48,056 bases of DNA. Source: an uncultured Enterocloster sp. (lineage in GTDB: Bacteria; Bacillota; Clostridia; Lachnospirales; Lachnospiraceae). The stretch lies in the NCBI GenBank assembly GCA_944382045.1, contig CALWMT010000001.1:1-48056 (forward strand). Reading direction: 5' to 3'. The translations under genes were made by a program, and so were the position numbers. Of the stretch, positions 16,390 to 26,043 are shown piece by piece (the stretch's first letter is position 1; every line of letters begins with the position of its first letter). Under the pieces are notes generated by a model that saw only the letters and a program-made list of their open reading frames with translations, was not told the origin of the DNA and ran no database searches.

Positions 16390-16422
16390 AGAACAGCCCG
16401 GGAGATCCTCCCGAGCTGTTCT
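16390..16422. terminator. Hairpin downstream of the NlpC/P60 gene
   Basis: AGAACAGC.CGGGAG-atc-CTCCCG.GCTGTTCT inverted repeat. Confidence 0.5.
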
Positions 16423-16457
16423 CTATCCCTTATATCAAAAATCCGTTCCTGCCTCTG

Positions 16458-17183
16458 TCATCCCAATACATTGGTAATCCTTACTGGAGTCCTATAATTC
16501 CAAGGGGAGGTCTTGATGCCCGTCCGCTCCGTGGAGGCGTGCACCACCTGTCCATTCCCTATGTACATCGCCACATGATCAATGCTGTTCACACTTCCTC
16601 CGTAGAACAGCAGATCACCTGGCTGCATCTGATCTGCACTTACCGGAACCCCCTGAGAAGCCTGTCCCCTGGAGGAGCGGTTCAGCGTGACACCCGCTCC
16701 GTACTGGAGCACATAGCGGGTAAAGCCTGAGCAGTCCACTCCCACATGGGGATCTGTCCCGCCGTACATATACCGCCCGCCCACAAATTGAAGGGCAAAA
16801 TCAACCAGCCTCTGGCGGCGATAGCTCTGCGAGGACTCTATGGCCTCCTGCTGAATCTGGGCCAGCTCCTCTGCATCCACCTCCTCCAGCTGCACATTCT
16901 CTGCCATCGGAAGGTAGCCCTCCGTGTCGTTAACCCGAACCTTCAGCCAGCCGCCTCCCATATCCTCAAGTACCTCATAGGCATTTCCCGCTTCAGCTGT
17001 CAGAAGGACCTCCTCCGTATCAAGACTTTTATTAATATTCACCGTCTCTGACGTGATTGATGCTGCATATGTGCCGGCTGTGAAGCCCGGTCCGATGGAT
17101 GCCATCGCTGTAAGCGGACTCCCAGCCATAAAAGCCCCGCACAGCACGCCCGCCGCCAGCAATGTCCGAATTCTGTCTCTCAT
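16458..17183 (-). CDS. Secreted NlpC/P60 (C40) peptidoglycan endopeptidase with an SH3b-like domain
   Basis: Signal peptide, SH3b-like GWLKVRVNDTEGYL, catalytic DCSGFT, PGDLLF and HVAMYIGNGQVVHAS. Confidence 0.93.
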   Translation of the reverse strand: MRDRIRTLLAAGVLCGAFMAGSPLTAMASIGPGFTAGTYAASITSETVNINKSLDTEEVLLTAEAGNAYEVLEDMGGGWLKVRVNDTEGYLPMAENVQLEEVDAEELAQIQQEAIESSQSYRRQRLVDFALQFVGGRYMYGGTDPHVGVDCSGFTRYVLQYGAGVTLNRSSRGQASQGVPVSADQMQPGDLLFYGGSVNSIDHVAMYIGNGQVVHASTERTGIKTSPWNYRTPVRITNVLG

Positions 17184-17223
17184 ATATGTCCTCCCTGTCT
17201 GGGTCTATCGTAAAAGTCGTATT

Positions 17224-17283
17224 TGTTACGTAATTGTTACAAACGTTACGAATGTATTATATCACAATTCGCTCTCAAGTCAA
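17224..17283 (-). promoter_or_regulatory. Promoter of the NlpC/P60 gene with a WalR-like direct repeat
   Basis: TTGACT-N16-TATAAT (17283-17256). TGTTAC-N5-TGTTAC at 17224-17240. Confidence 0.6.
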
Positions 17284-17318
17284 CCCATTCAGAAATTCTT
17301 AATATTTTCGTCATATTT

Positions 17319-17370
17319 AAAAGCTCCCTGTTCCCAGAAGCATCGCCGCCTCCGGAAACAGGGAGCTTTT
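17319..17370. terminator. Intrinsic terminator after fbp-DUF1700
   Basis: AAAAGCTCCCTGTT ... AACAGGGAGCTTTT inverted repeat. Confidence 0.75.
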
Positions 17371-17396
17371 CTCCGTCTATCTCAATTTTTATATTC

Positions 17397-17909
17397 CTAC
17401 CTTCGTGATCCTGTAAAAATCCATACAATCAGAAGAATCAAAAGAATCGGCCATGTCCAGGACAAAATAAGCCCTGCCAGCCCCACAATGCCAAAAACAA
17501 ACGTCAGAAGCAGAAGGATAACAAGAAACACCGCCAGCCCTGTCACAAGCCGGGCCTTCCATCCATTTAAGCTTACATAATGTATATTCCGATGCGTCTC
17601 CTCCCGATAAGCCTCCTGACCGCTGGGGTCTTGGGACGATCCGGCGTCCCCGTCATACACGGTCCCGGACCCGTAGGTCTCATATCCGTCCGGCCGGTCC
17701 TCCGTGTCGAAGGCCGCATCCACAATAGTCCTCGCAATGATCCTGGGGCCGCCTAAGGACTCTATAACCGCATCCTCCGAAGCGCCATTGGCCATCTCCT
17801 GGGAAATATACGAATCATAATAGCTCAGATTCTCCTGTATCACAGAATAGGGGACCCGCCCCTCCAGCTCTGACCGCAGCCCCTGCAAAAATTCCGCCTT
17901 GCTCATCAT
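17397..17909 (-). CDS. DUF1700 (HAAS-type) membrane protein
   Basis: MSKAEFLQGLRSEL...YYDSYI...G.SED.VIESLGGPRIIA, with C-terminal TM helices. Confidence 0.8.
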   Translation of the reverse strand: MMSKAEFLQGLRSELEGRVPYSVIQENLSYYDSYISQEMANGASEDAVIESLGGPRIIARTIVDAAFDTEDRPDGYETYGSGTVYDGDAGSSQDPSGQEAYREETHRNIHYVSLNGWKARLVTGLAVFLVILLLLTFVFGIVGLAGLILSWTWPILLILLIVWIFTGSRR

Positions 17910-19843
17910 TCAATCCTTTCTTTTATAGTGCCCTCCCTGTAGGCCGCCACCAGCTCCTTTAAATCCTCAATCTGCTCCTTCAGCTCCCGGCCCTTGTCCG
18001 TATCCGCCACCATCACCCGGCTGGTCATCTTCTCCACCACGGAGACCTTGGGCGTGTTCTCCTTTCTCGGATCATAGGGCATGTGCTCTGCCAAGGCCAG
18101 ATGGTGGGAATTATAAATCAATGTGTAGCCTGCGATGCCCGTGGTGCTCTGATAGGCCTTGGAAAGCCCGCCGTCAATGATAAAGAGCTTTCCGCCTGCC
18201 TTTACAGGCTTCTCTCCGTCCTTCATCTTCACCGGCACATGGCCATTGATAATGTGGGAGCCCTCCTCCGGCAGCCCAAATTCCTGCAGAATGCGCCTGC
18301 AGAACTCCTCCTTCTGGCTCAGCTGATAATAAGGATTCATGGTCTCCTTGTGCGTGCTCTTATCCTCCACAAAATAATGCTCAAAGGTGGTAATCTTATC
18401 CTTTCCGAACACCGGCGACTTGGCTCCGCACCACAGATACCACATCAGGTCCACTGCGTCCTCCTTTCCTGGGGCGCCCTCCGGCATAAAATACGCGTTC
18501 TGTACCTGCTTGTCAAAATAATCCATGAGATTCTTTCCGCAGTATGTCTTCCCATCCACCATTATAGACGCAAAGGAGCCGTCCTTTTCCATCGGAATGC
18601 ATCCATGATACAGCAGATTGGAATTATAGCATTTATAGATTCCTCCATGGGAATACAGAAAGCGCACATGCTTATGGAGCAGATCGCTGTGCCGGAAGGA
18701 GGCCGAAAGCGTCCGCAGCAGCATCTCCTCCCCCTCGGTGAGCTTCAGCGGATTCTGGGGATCAATGGTTGGGAAATTCATATCCAGCATGGGATACGTC
18801 TTCCCCTCCACCGTTACCGTTCCATTTTCAAAATCCACCGCGGACAGCAGCTGCCTCTTGTCCATCTCATATTCCGGATGGCGGCGGATCATATCGCCCT
18901 CCACCTTGAACTGAATCACAGCAATTGCCTTGTGCATCTTGGCTGCCAGACCGGGGTCCACCGCATCATATATATTTTCATCCAAAATCTTCGGCATAAA
19001 CCGCTTGCAGGGATCATCCTGGTATACCTTCGCCGCAAACATGGACAGAGGCCGCAGATTGATGCCGTAGCCGTCCTCAAGCACGTCAAAGCTGTTGTAG
19101 CTGATGGCGATCCGAAGCACATTGCAGATGCAGGCCAGATTCCCTGTAGCCGCCCCCATCCAGGAAATGTCATGATTTCCCCACTGAATATCCACATCGT
19201 GGAAATTCATCAGCTCCTGCATAATAATGTCAGCCCGGGGCCCTCGGTCGAAAATATCCCCGATGATATGCAGATTGTCAATGGTCAGGTTCTGGATCAG
19301 GCGGCACAGGGCAGCGATAAATTTGTCCCCAATCCCCGTGCTGATCACAGAGTGAATAATCTCATCGTAATACAGCTTTTTATTCTCATCATTGTAATCC
19401 ACATGGAGGAGCTCATCAATGGCGTAGGCAAATTCCTTCGGCATCTTCTTGCGAACCTTCGAGCGCGTATACTTGGAGGACACCTCCCTGCAGATCTGCA
19501 CCAAGCGGTAGATGGTAATCTTCTGCCAATCCTCCGAATAGGTCCCCTGCTTTTTCAGCCGGGCAAGGCTCCGCTCCGGATAGTAAATCAGATTGGCGAT
19601 GCGGATCTGCTCATCCTCCGGAATCAAATGGCCAAAGGTAGCCTTGATCTTCTCTCTGGTAATTCCTGAGGATGATCGCAGCAGATGGATAAACGCCTCA
19701 TACTCCCCGTGGAGATCACTAAAAAAATACTCCGTCCCCTTGGGCAGGCTGCAGATCGCCATCAAATTTACAATCTCCCCCGCCGCCTCCCTCACAGACG
19801 GGTACTCCCTTGCAAGCAGCTTTAAATATGCCAAATCCCTCAT
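17906..19843 (-). CDS. fbp: Fructose-1,6-bisphosphatase class III
   Basis: Motifs LPKGTEYFFSDLHGE, GDIFDRGP, QWGNHD, HIINGHVPVK and IDGGLSKAYQ. Confidence 0.95.
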   Translation of the reverse strand: MRDLAYLKLLAREYPSVREAAGEIVNLMAICSLPKGTEYFFSDLHGEYEAFIHLLRSSSGITREKIKATFGHLIPEDEQIRIANLIYYPERSLARLKKQGTYSEDWQKITIYRLVQICREVSSKYTRSKVRKKMPKEFAYAIDELLHVDYNDENKKLYYDEIIHSVISTGIGDKFIAALCRLIQNLTIDNLHIIGDIFDRGPRADIIMQELMNFHDVDIQWGNHDISWMGAATGNLACICNVLRIAISYNSFDVLEDGYGINLRPLSMFAAKVYQDDPCKRFMPKILDENIYDAVDPGLAAKMHKAIAVIQFKVEGDMIRRHPEYEMDKRQLLSAVDFENGTVTVEGKTYPMLDMNFPTIDPQNPLKLTEGEEMLLRTLSASFRHSDLLHKHVRFLYSHGGIYKCYNSNLLYHGCIPMEKDGSFASIMVDGKTYCGKNLMDYFDKQVQNAYFMPEGAPGKEDAVDLMWYLWCGAKSPVFGKDKITTFEHYFVEDKSTHKETMNPYYQLSQKEEFCRRILQEFGLPEEGSHIINGHVPVKMKDGEKPVKAGGKLFIIDGGLSKAYQSTTGIAGYTLIYNSHHLALAEHMPYDPRKENTPKVSVVEKMTSRVMVADTDKGRELKEQIEDLKELVAAYREGTIKERIE

Positions 19844-20052
19844 AAATCAATCCTCTCCTCCCAGCCTCAAAATACGTACCGCCGCAGTGCGGCCTCTTTT
19901 TGGAGCAGGCCATGCCGTCCCTAGAGCATCTCCGGCATCCCGCTGCCTGATCTGTTACCATTCTATCATGCTATACCCAAATCTGCAAGAAACCCTTCTT
20001 GTTTCCGCGTGCCAAGTATGCTAAGATAGTCTTAAAAAATGGGAGGTGCAGT

Positions 20053-20856
20053 ATGGAAGAATTATACGTATTCGGAACCGGCAACGCCCAGGCGGTCCGC
20101 TGCTACAATACCTGCTTTGCCATAAAGGACGGAGAAGAATTCTTTATGGTGGACGCCGGGGGAGGCAACGGCATTCTGGGAATCCTGGAGCAGATGCAGG
20201 TGGACTTAAGCCGCATCCACCATATTTTTGTAACCCACGAGCACACGGATCACATCCTGGGCATTGTGTGGATGGTCCGCATGATTGCCACCGCCATGAA
20301 AAAAGGCACCTATGAGGGCACCCTGCAGATCTACTGCCATCCGGACCTGACTGACACCATCTCCACTCTATGCCGCCTGACCCTTCAGAGCAAATTCTAT
20401 AAAATGATTGGGGACCGAATCTTTCTCGTCCCAGTGGAGGATGGAGAGACCGTCCACATCTTGAACTACGATGTGACCTTCTTCGACATTCTCTCCACCA
20501 AGGCCAAGCAGTTCGGCTTCACCACCGTGCTGAACAATGGCCGGAAGCTTACCTGTGCCGGGGATGAGCCCTTGAATCCAGACTGCCTCCGCTATGTGGA
20601 GGAAAGCCACTGGCTTCTCCACGAGGCATTCTGCCTCTATGAGGATCGGGACATCTTCAAGCCCTATGAGAAGCATCACAGCACGGTCAAGGAGGCCTGC
20701 GAGCTGGCGGAGAGCCTCCATATTCCCAGCCTTGTCCTGTGGCACACAGAGGACAAAAGGCCCGCCTGCCGCAAGGAGCTCTACACCGCAGAGGGACGTC
20801 AGTATTACTCGGGCAATCTTTTCGTCCCAGATGACAGGGAGATTATCCCGCTGTAG
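20053..20856 (+). CDS. MBL-fold metallo-hydrolase (RNase Z/ElaC-like)
   Basis: Motifs FGTG, VDAGGG, THEHTDH, HEAF, HHST and LWHTE. GGAGG RBS before ATG 20053. Confidence 0.8.
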   Translation: MEELYVFGTGNAQAVRCYNTCFAIKDGEEFFMVDAGGGNGILGILEQMQVDLSRIHHIFVTHEHTDHILGIVWMVRMIATAMKKGTYEGTLQIYCHPDLTDTISTLCRLTLQSKFYKMIGDRIFLVPVEDGETVHILNYDVTFFDILSTKAKQFGFTTVLNNGRKLTCAGDEPLNPDCLRYVEESHWLLHEAFCLYEDRDIFKPYEKHHSTVKEACELAESLHIPSLVLWHTEDKRPACRKELYTAEGRQYYSGNLFVPDDREIIPL

Positions 20857-20910
20857 GCCTTTCCCGTTTTCTCGTATCCCAGCACACCGCAGGCACCTCT
20901 GCCTGCCGAC

Positions 20911-20945
20911 GGACGGCCCCGCTGCAGCTGCAGCCGGGGCCGTCC
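20911..20945. terminator. Hairpin between the convergent MBL and ADH genes
   Basis: GGACGGCCCCG ... CGGGGCCGTCC perfect stem. Confidence 0.65.
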
Positions 20946-20966
20946 AAAATTTTGGTTTTCTGAATT

Positions 20967-22157
20967 TTAGTTTCCTGCCTGCAGGGCCAGCTGATAGACC
21001 TCCATCATCTCAGCCTTTCCAAGGACCTTGATCCCCGGAAGAGTCCGCTTGCCATAGTTGGTGCACTTAACCGCCATCTCCTCGATCTTCTCCGGCTCCA
21101 CATCGAGCTCCTTAAGGCTTGTGGGCATGCCTATGCTCTTAAAGAAATCCTCCGTGGCCTGAATACCTGCCAGCGCCGTCTTCATAGGATCCTCAAAATT
21201 CATATCCAGGTTCCACACATTCACCGCGTACTGGGCAAAACGGTTCACATTTCCATCGCACACATACCGCGCCCAGGACGGCCACAGGGCCGAGAGGCCG
21301 GCGCCGTGGGCAATCCTCGGGTACATGCCGGAGAGCTCATGCTCCAGCTGGTGCACCTGCATAAAGAAGTTCCTTCCAAGCCCTGTAAGATTATTGTGAG
21401 ATAGGCTTCCCGCCCACATCAGGGATGCTCTGGCCTCATAATTTTCCGGCTCCTTATCCGCCGTCCGGCCAGCCTCGATCACCGTTTTCAGCAGTCCCTC
21501 CGCGATCCGGTCTGTGAGAGGCGTATCCTGACCCAGGCCAAAATAGCGCTCCAGCGTGTGCATCATGATATCCACCGTGCCGCAGCCTGTCTGAAATTTG
21601 CTGACCGTATAGGTGAGCTCAGGATTTAAAATAGAAAACAGCGGGCGGTGGGTCACACTGTTAAATCCGCGCTTCAGCCCCTGCTCCTCATTGGTGATCA
21701 CGCAGGAGGCGCTCATCTCGCTCCCTGAGGCTGACAGCGTCAGGATTACGCCCACCGGAAGCGCCTTTTTCGGTGCTCCCTGGCCAAGGAAGAAATTCCA
21801 CACATCCGTATCAGGATTTCCCACGCCATCCGCAATGCACTTGGATGAATCAATCACACTTCCGCCGCCCACGGCAAGAACCAAATCCACGCCCTCCCTC
21901 TGGCAGAGAGCGATTCCCTCCTTTGCCATGGCAAGGGTCGGATTTGCCTGAACGCCGCCAAGCATCACATAATCAATTCCCTCTGCCTTAAGAGCATCTG
22001 TCACCTGGTCCAGAAGTCCGCTCTTCTTCGCGCTGGCACCGCCAAAATGCACCAGCACCTTCTTGAAGCCGTACTCCTTCACTATCTTTCCCACCTGCTT
22101 CTGGGTGTCCTTCCCAAAGATCATACGGGTTGGTGTATAAAACTCAAAATCCAGCAT
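20967..22157 (-). CDS. Iron-containing alcohol dehydrogenase (NADH-dependent butanol dehydrogenase-like)
   Basis: Motifs TPTRMIFGK, AVGGGSVIDSSK, DIMMHTLE, HQLEHELS and HGAGL. Start moved to ATG 22157 (GAGGAGG RBS). Confidence 0.92.
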   Translation of the reverse strand: MLDFEFYTPTRMIFGKDTQKQVGKIVKEYGFKKVLVHFGGASAKKSGLLDQVTDALKAEGIDYVMLGGVQANPTLAMAKEGIALCQREGVDLVLAVGGGSVIDSSKCIADGVGNPDTDVWNFFLGQGAPKKALPVGVILTLSASGSEMSASCVITNEEQGLKRGFNSVTHRPLFSILNPELTYTVSKFQTGCGTVDIMMHTLERYFGLGQDTPLTDRIAEGLLKTVIEAGRTADKEPENYEARASLMWAGSLSHNNLTGLGRNFFMQVHQLEHELSGMYPRIAHGAGLSALWPSWARYVCDGNVNRFAQYAVNVWNLDMNFEDPMKTALAGIQATEDFFKSIGMPTSLKELDVEPEKIEEMAVKCTNYGKRTLPGIKVLGKAEMMEVYQLALQAGN

Positions 22158-22265
22158 TCTCTTCCTCCTCACCCATGCCGCCTTCACTCCTATCCGGCAT
22201 GCTTTTTGTTCTATCATACCATTCTTTTCCAGGAAACTCAATCAGGTTTTTTCCGCATTGTCTCT

Positions 22266-22295
22266 CACATAATCCCTTCCCGTGAAACATAAAAT
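22266..22295 (+). promoter_or_regulatory. Candidate sigma-E promoter of the M23 peptidase gene
   Basis: CATA-N16-CATAAAAT, same geometry as the site before spoIID. Confidence 0.5.
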
Positions 22296-22353
22296 ACTTA
22301 TAACCGTTTAAAGCAGCGGCCGCCTAGAGGCCGCCCCAAAGGAGGCTTGTCCC

Positions 22354-23580
22354 ATGAGATTCTGGAAGCGTCTGAGACAGTATTTCCCGTTCCAGTCCAA
22401 ACGCATTATATATGGCGAAATCACTCTGCTCACCCTGCTCTGCCTGCTTCTATTGTGTCAAAGCGGAGGATCCCCAAGGGCCGTCCTCTCCACGGCCCTC
22501 CGCCTGGCCGCCGGGCCAGACGCCTCCGGCAGCGGGGCCTCTGATGCCTCCCCAGCTCCCGGCACATCCTCCCCTCAGACAGACTATATCAAATGGGTGG
22601 ACTTCACTGTCCCCTATGAGGCCCTGAACAAGGCCTTCCGCTATGACGTGGACACCTGCCAGGCGCCTGTCCATCTAAACTGGGTAAACCTCCTAGCCTA
22701 TCTGGGGGCCCTCTACGGCGGCGATTTTTCCAAATACAGCCCCAAGGATCTGGATGTAGCAGCAGCCCGGCTCACAAGCGGCGAAATCACCATGGAGGAA
22801 CTGACAAGGGACATGAAATACTACCCCTATTACCGGGAGGCCTACGGAGCCGTTCTGGACGGCATGGTGGGCCAATTCCAGGCGGAGATTCCGAAAAGCG
22901 AAGCCCCCGGCGCCTACCTGCCGTCCGGGGTGGACGGAGGGGCTCCGGGGGATCCAGAAACCATATGGGTGACCAAATACGGCTTAAAGTCCTTCTTTCC
23001 CCTGGCCAAGGGATTTCCCTACACGGATTACGACGACTTCGGCGCTTCCCGCAGCTACGGCTACAAGCGCCGCCATCTGGGACACGACATGATGGGCCAG
23101 GTGGGAACCCCCATCATCGCGGTGGAATCCGGCTATGTGGAGGCCATGGGCTGGAACCAGTACGGCGGCTGGCGCCTGGGCATCCGAAGCCTGGATAAAA
23201 AGCGCTATTACTACTACGCCCACCTCCGCCAAAACTATCCCTACCAGTCCGGCCTGAAGGAGGGCAGCCTGGTACAGGCCGGGGATGTGATCGGCTACCT
23301 CGGACGGACCGGCTACAGCGCCGCGGAAAACACCAACAACATCGAGACCGCCCATCTGCATTTCGGTCTGGAGCTCATCTTCGACGAGTCCCAGAAGGAC
23401 AGTGAAAATGAGATCTGGGTGGACTGCTACGACCTGGTCCAATTTCTCCGCATGAATCAGAGCGAGGTCTATAAGGTGGAGGGCACCAAGGAATGGAAGC
23501 GGAAATATGGGACGAAGGACACGCCCGCCGGGCAAAATTCCAGCGGGCAGAGCCGCCCCAGCCAGCCCCCGTCCCCCTAG
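22354..23580 (+). CDS. Membrane-anchored M23-family metallopeptidase
   Basis: N-terminal TM. Intact HLGHD (HxxxD), YYYAHL and HLH (HxH). Confidence 0.9.
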   Translation: MRFWKRLRQYFPFQSKRIIYGEITLLTLLCLLLLCQSGGSPRAVLSTALRLAAGPDASGSGASDASPAPGTSSPQTDYIKWVDFTVPYEALNKAFRYDVDTCQAPVHLNWVNLLAYLGALYGGDFSKYSPKDLDVAAARLTSGEITMEELTRDMKYYPYYREAYGAVLDGMVGQFQAEIPKSEAPGAYLPSGVDGGAPGDPETIWVTKYGLKSFFPLAKGFPYTDYDDFGASRSYGYKRRHLGHDMMGQVGTPIIAVESGYVEAMGWNQYGGWRLGIRSLDKKRYYYYAHLRQNYPYQSGLKEGSLVQAGDVIGYLGRTGYSAAENTNNIETAHLHFGLELIFDESQKDSENEIWVDCYDLVQFLRMNQSEVYKVEGTKEWKRKYGTKDTPAGQNSSGQSRPSQPPSP

Positions 23581-23595
23581 GCCCCTGCAGACTGA

Positions 23596-24837
23596 CTAGG
23601 CATCCAGCCCGTGGATAAACAGCCCGCTCCGAAGCTTGGGCTCAAACCAGGTGGATTTGGGCGGCATCAGCCGCCCGGCATCCGCCACAGCTAAGAGCTC
23701 CTCCATGGAGGTGGGATACATGGAAAACGCTGCCCGCATATCCTGCCGCGTTCTCCGTTCCAGCTCCCCAAGCCCCCGGATCCCGCCCACAAAATCAATC
23801 CGCTTGTCCGTGCGGGGATCCTGTATGCCCAGCACTGGCTCCAGCAGGTAATCCTGGAGAATGGATACGTCCAGCCCCTTCACCGGATCCCTGCTGCGGC
23901 AGGCCTCCCGGGCCCTTAAGGCATACCAGGTCCCATCTAAAAGCATTCCAAAGGTCCCCTTCTCCCTCGGCGCATACGCCTCTGCCCCCAAGCGCTCCAC
24001 CTCAAAATTCTTCTCAGCGGCCTTCAAAAATTCTGTCTCGTCCAGCCCATTTAGATCCCGCACCACCCGATTGTAGGGCAGAATATGCAGCTCCTCGTCG
24101 GGAAAGAGCACGGAGAGGAAGTAATTAAAGGGCTCCTCCCCCGTATAATCCGGGTGCTCCTTCCTGCGCTTAAGCCCCACCCTCACAGCGGAGGCCGCCC
24201 GGTGATGGCCATCCGCGATATAGAGGGCGGGAACCCGTCCGAAGGCGGCCTCCAGGGCGGCGCAGATCTCCGGATCGGCTGTCCGCCATACCCGATGCCC
24301 CACGCCGTCCTCCGTGACAAAGTCATAAATAGGCGCCTGGCTCTTCACCCGAGCCTTCAGCCTGCGGATCTCCTCGTCCTGCCGGTAGGCCAGGAAAATC
24401 GGCCCTGTCTGGGCATTCATGCGGTCCACATGGCGGATCCGGTCCTGCTCCTTCTCCTCCCGGGTATTCTCATGCTTCTTGATCACATTTCCCAGGTAAT
24501 CGTCAATGGCACAGCAGGCCACAACCCCGGTCTGGCTCCTCCCGTCCATGGTCAGCTCATACAAAAAATAGCAGGGCTTCTCCTCCCGGACAAACACGCC
24601 CTGTGCAAGCTCCCTGTCAAAGAGCTCACGGGCCTTGTCATAGACCCTGTCGTCATACATATCCACATTTTCTGCAAACTGCGTCTCCGGCCGGTCGATG
24701 TTCAAAAATAAAAGAGGACGCCCCGCCACTGCCTGGCGGGCTTCCTCTCTGTCATACACATCGTAAGGCAGGGCCGCCACCTGGGCCGCCCTGTCCTCTC
24801 TTGGCCGGATGCAGTAAAAAGGCTTTACAGCTGCCAT
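23596..24837 (-). CDS. DUF1015-family protein (ParB/SerK-like fold)
   Basis: Motifs ALPYDVY, IKKHENT, YIADGHHR and MPPKSTWFEPK. Last gene of the serC-serA operon. Confidence 0.85.
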   Translation of the reverse strand: MAAVKPFYCIRPREDRAAQVAALPYDVYDREEARQAVAGRPLLFLNIDRPETQFAENVDMYDDRVYDKARELFDRELAQGVFVREEKPCYFLYELTMDGRSQTGVVACCAIDDYLGNVIKKHENTREEKEQDRIRHVDRMNAQTGPIFLAYRQDEEIRRLKARVKSQAPIYDFVTEDGVGHRVWRTADPEICAALEAAFGRVPALYIADGHHRAASAVRVGLKRRKEHPDYTGEEPFNYFLSVLFPDEELHILPYNRVVRDLNGLDETEFLKAAEKNFEVERLGAEAYAPREKGTFGMLLDGTWYALRAREACRSRDPVKGLDVSILQDYLLEPVLGIQDPRTDKRIDFVGGIRGLGELERRTRQDMRAAFSMYPTSMEELLAVADAGRLMPPKSTWFEPKLRSGLFIHGLDA

Positions 24838-24861
24838 CTGCTTCTCCTCTTTTCCTTACAC

Positions 24862-26025
24862 TTACTTCACCACGCGCACCCGCAGCACGCCGTCGATAGC
24901 CGCCAGCTTCTCCACCGCAGCAGTCTCAGGCCTGTGCTCCAGATCCAAAAGGGTGTAGGCATACTTATCCCGGCTCTTGTTTGTCATATCAGAAATATTC
25001 ACGCCCTGCTCTGCCAGAATTCCTGTGATCTGGCCGATCATGTTGGGAATATTTCTGTGAAGCACTGCAAGCCGGCAGGCCGCATGGCACTCTCCCATAT
25101 CACAGGCCGGATAATTCACAGAGTTCTTGATGTTTCCGTTCTCAATATAATCGGTCAGCTCCTGGACCGCCATCACCGCACAGTTGTCCTCAGACTCCTT
25201 GGTAGAGGCCCCCAGATGGGGAAGCAGGATCACATTCTGCATATGAGCCACCTTGGGATTGGGGAAATCGCTCACATAGCGGTGCACCCTTCCAGACTCC
25301 AGGGCAGCGGCCATGGCATCATCATCCACCAGCGTATCCCTGGCAAAATTCAGCACCACTGCCCCGTCCTTCATCATATCCAGCTTTTCCTTATTGATCA
25401 TGCCGCGGGTGGTATCCGTCAGGGGCACATGGATGGTGATATAGTCGCACTCCTGGAAAATCACATCCACATTGGTGATGTGCTTTACGTTGCGGGAGAG
25501 CCGCCACGCTGCGTTCACGGACATAAAGGGATCATAGCCGTACACATCCATCCCCAGATGAATCGCTGTGTTTGCCACCTCTGCTCCGATCGCACCCAGA
25601 CCGATAACGCCCAGCTTCTTGCCCTGGATCTCACAGCCCGCGAAGGCCTTCTTGCTCTTCTCTGTATCCTTGGTGATATTGGCGTCCTCCGCGTTTTCCT
25701 TACACCAATTAAGGCCCCCTGCGATATCTCTGGATGCCATGAGCAGGCCTGCAATCACAAGCTCCTTCACGCCGTTGGCATTGGCGCCAGGGGTATTGAA
25801 TACCACAATTCCCTTTTCCGCACATGCATCCAGCGGAATATTGTTCACGCCAGCCCCCGCGCGGCCAATCGCGAGAAGTCCTTCCGGAAGCTCCATCTCA
25901 TGCATGGAGGCGCTTCGCACCAGAATGCCGTCCGCCTCCGCCAATGTATCCGTCAGCTCGTAATCTGCAGGAAATAATTCTGTCCCGCAGGAAGCGATTT
26001 TATTTAAGCAATGTATCCTTTTCAT
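24862..26025 (-). CDS. serA: D-3-phosphoglycerate dehydrogenase with an ACT domain
   Basis: Motifs RAGAGVNNI, GVIGLGAIG, NFARD and PHLGAST. C-terminal ACT domain (HRNIPNMIG). Confidence 0.92.
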   Translation of the reverse strand: MKRIHCLNKIASCGTELFPADYELTDTLAEADGILVRSASMHEMELPEGLLAIGRAGAGVNNIPLDACAEKGIVVFNTPGANANGVKELVIAGLLMASRDIAGGLNWCKENAEDANITKDTEKSKKAFAGCEIQGKKLGVIGLGAIGAEVANTAIHLGMDVYGYDPFMSVNAAWRLSRNVKHITNVDVIFQECDYITIHVPLTDTTRGMINKEKLDMMKDGAVVLNFARDTLVDDDAMAAALESGRVHRYVSDFPNPKVAHMQNVILLPHLGASTKESEDNCAVMAVQELTDYIENGNIKNSVNYPACDMGECHAACRLAVLHRNIPNMIGQITGILAEQGVNISDMTNKSRDKYAYTLLDLEHRPETAAVEKLAAIDGVLRVRVVK

Positions 26026-26043
26026 AATCCGCTCCTCCTCTCA

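Noticed and set aside
16009-16730. Plus-strand ORFs 16009..16296 and 16335..16730 overlapping the candidate sRNA
   Set aside because: They overlap real genes on the opposite strand, have no RBS, and run through promoter or terminator elements.
18083-19669. 528-aa plus-strand ORF
   Set aside because: Entirely antisense to fbp, with no RBS or domain signal.
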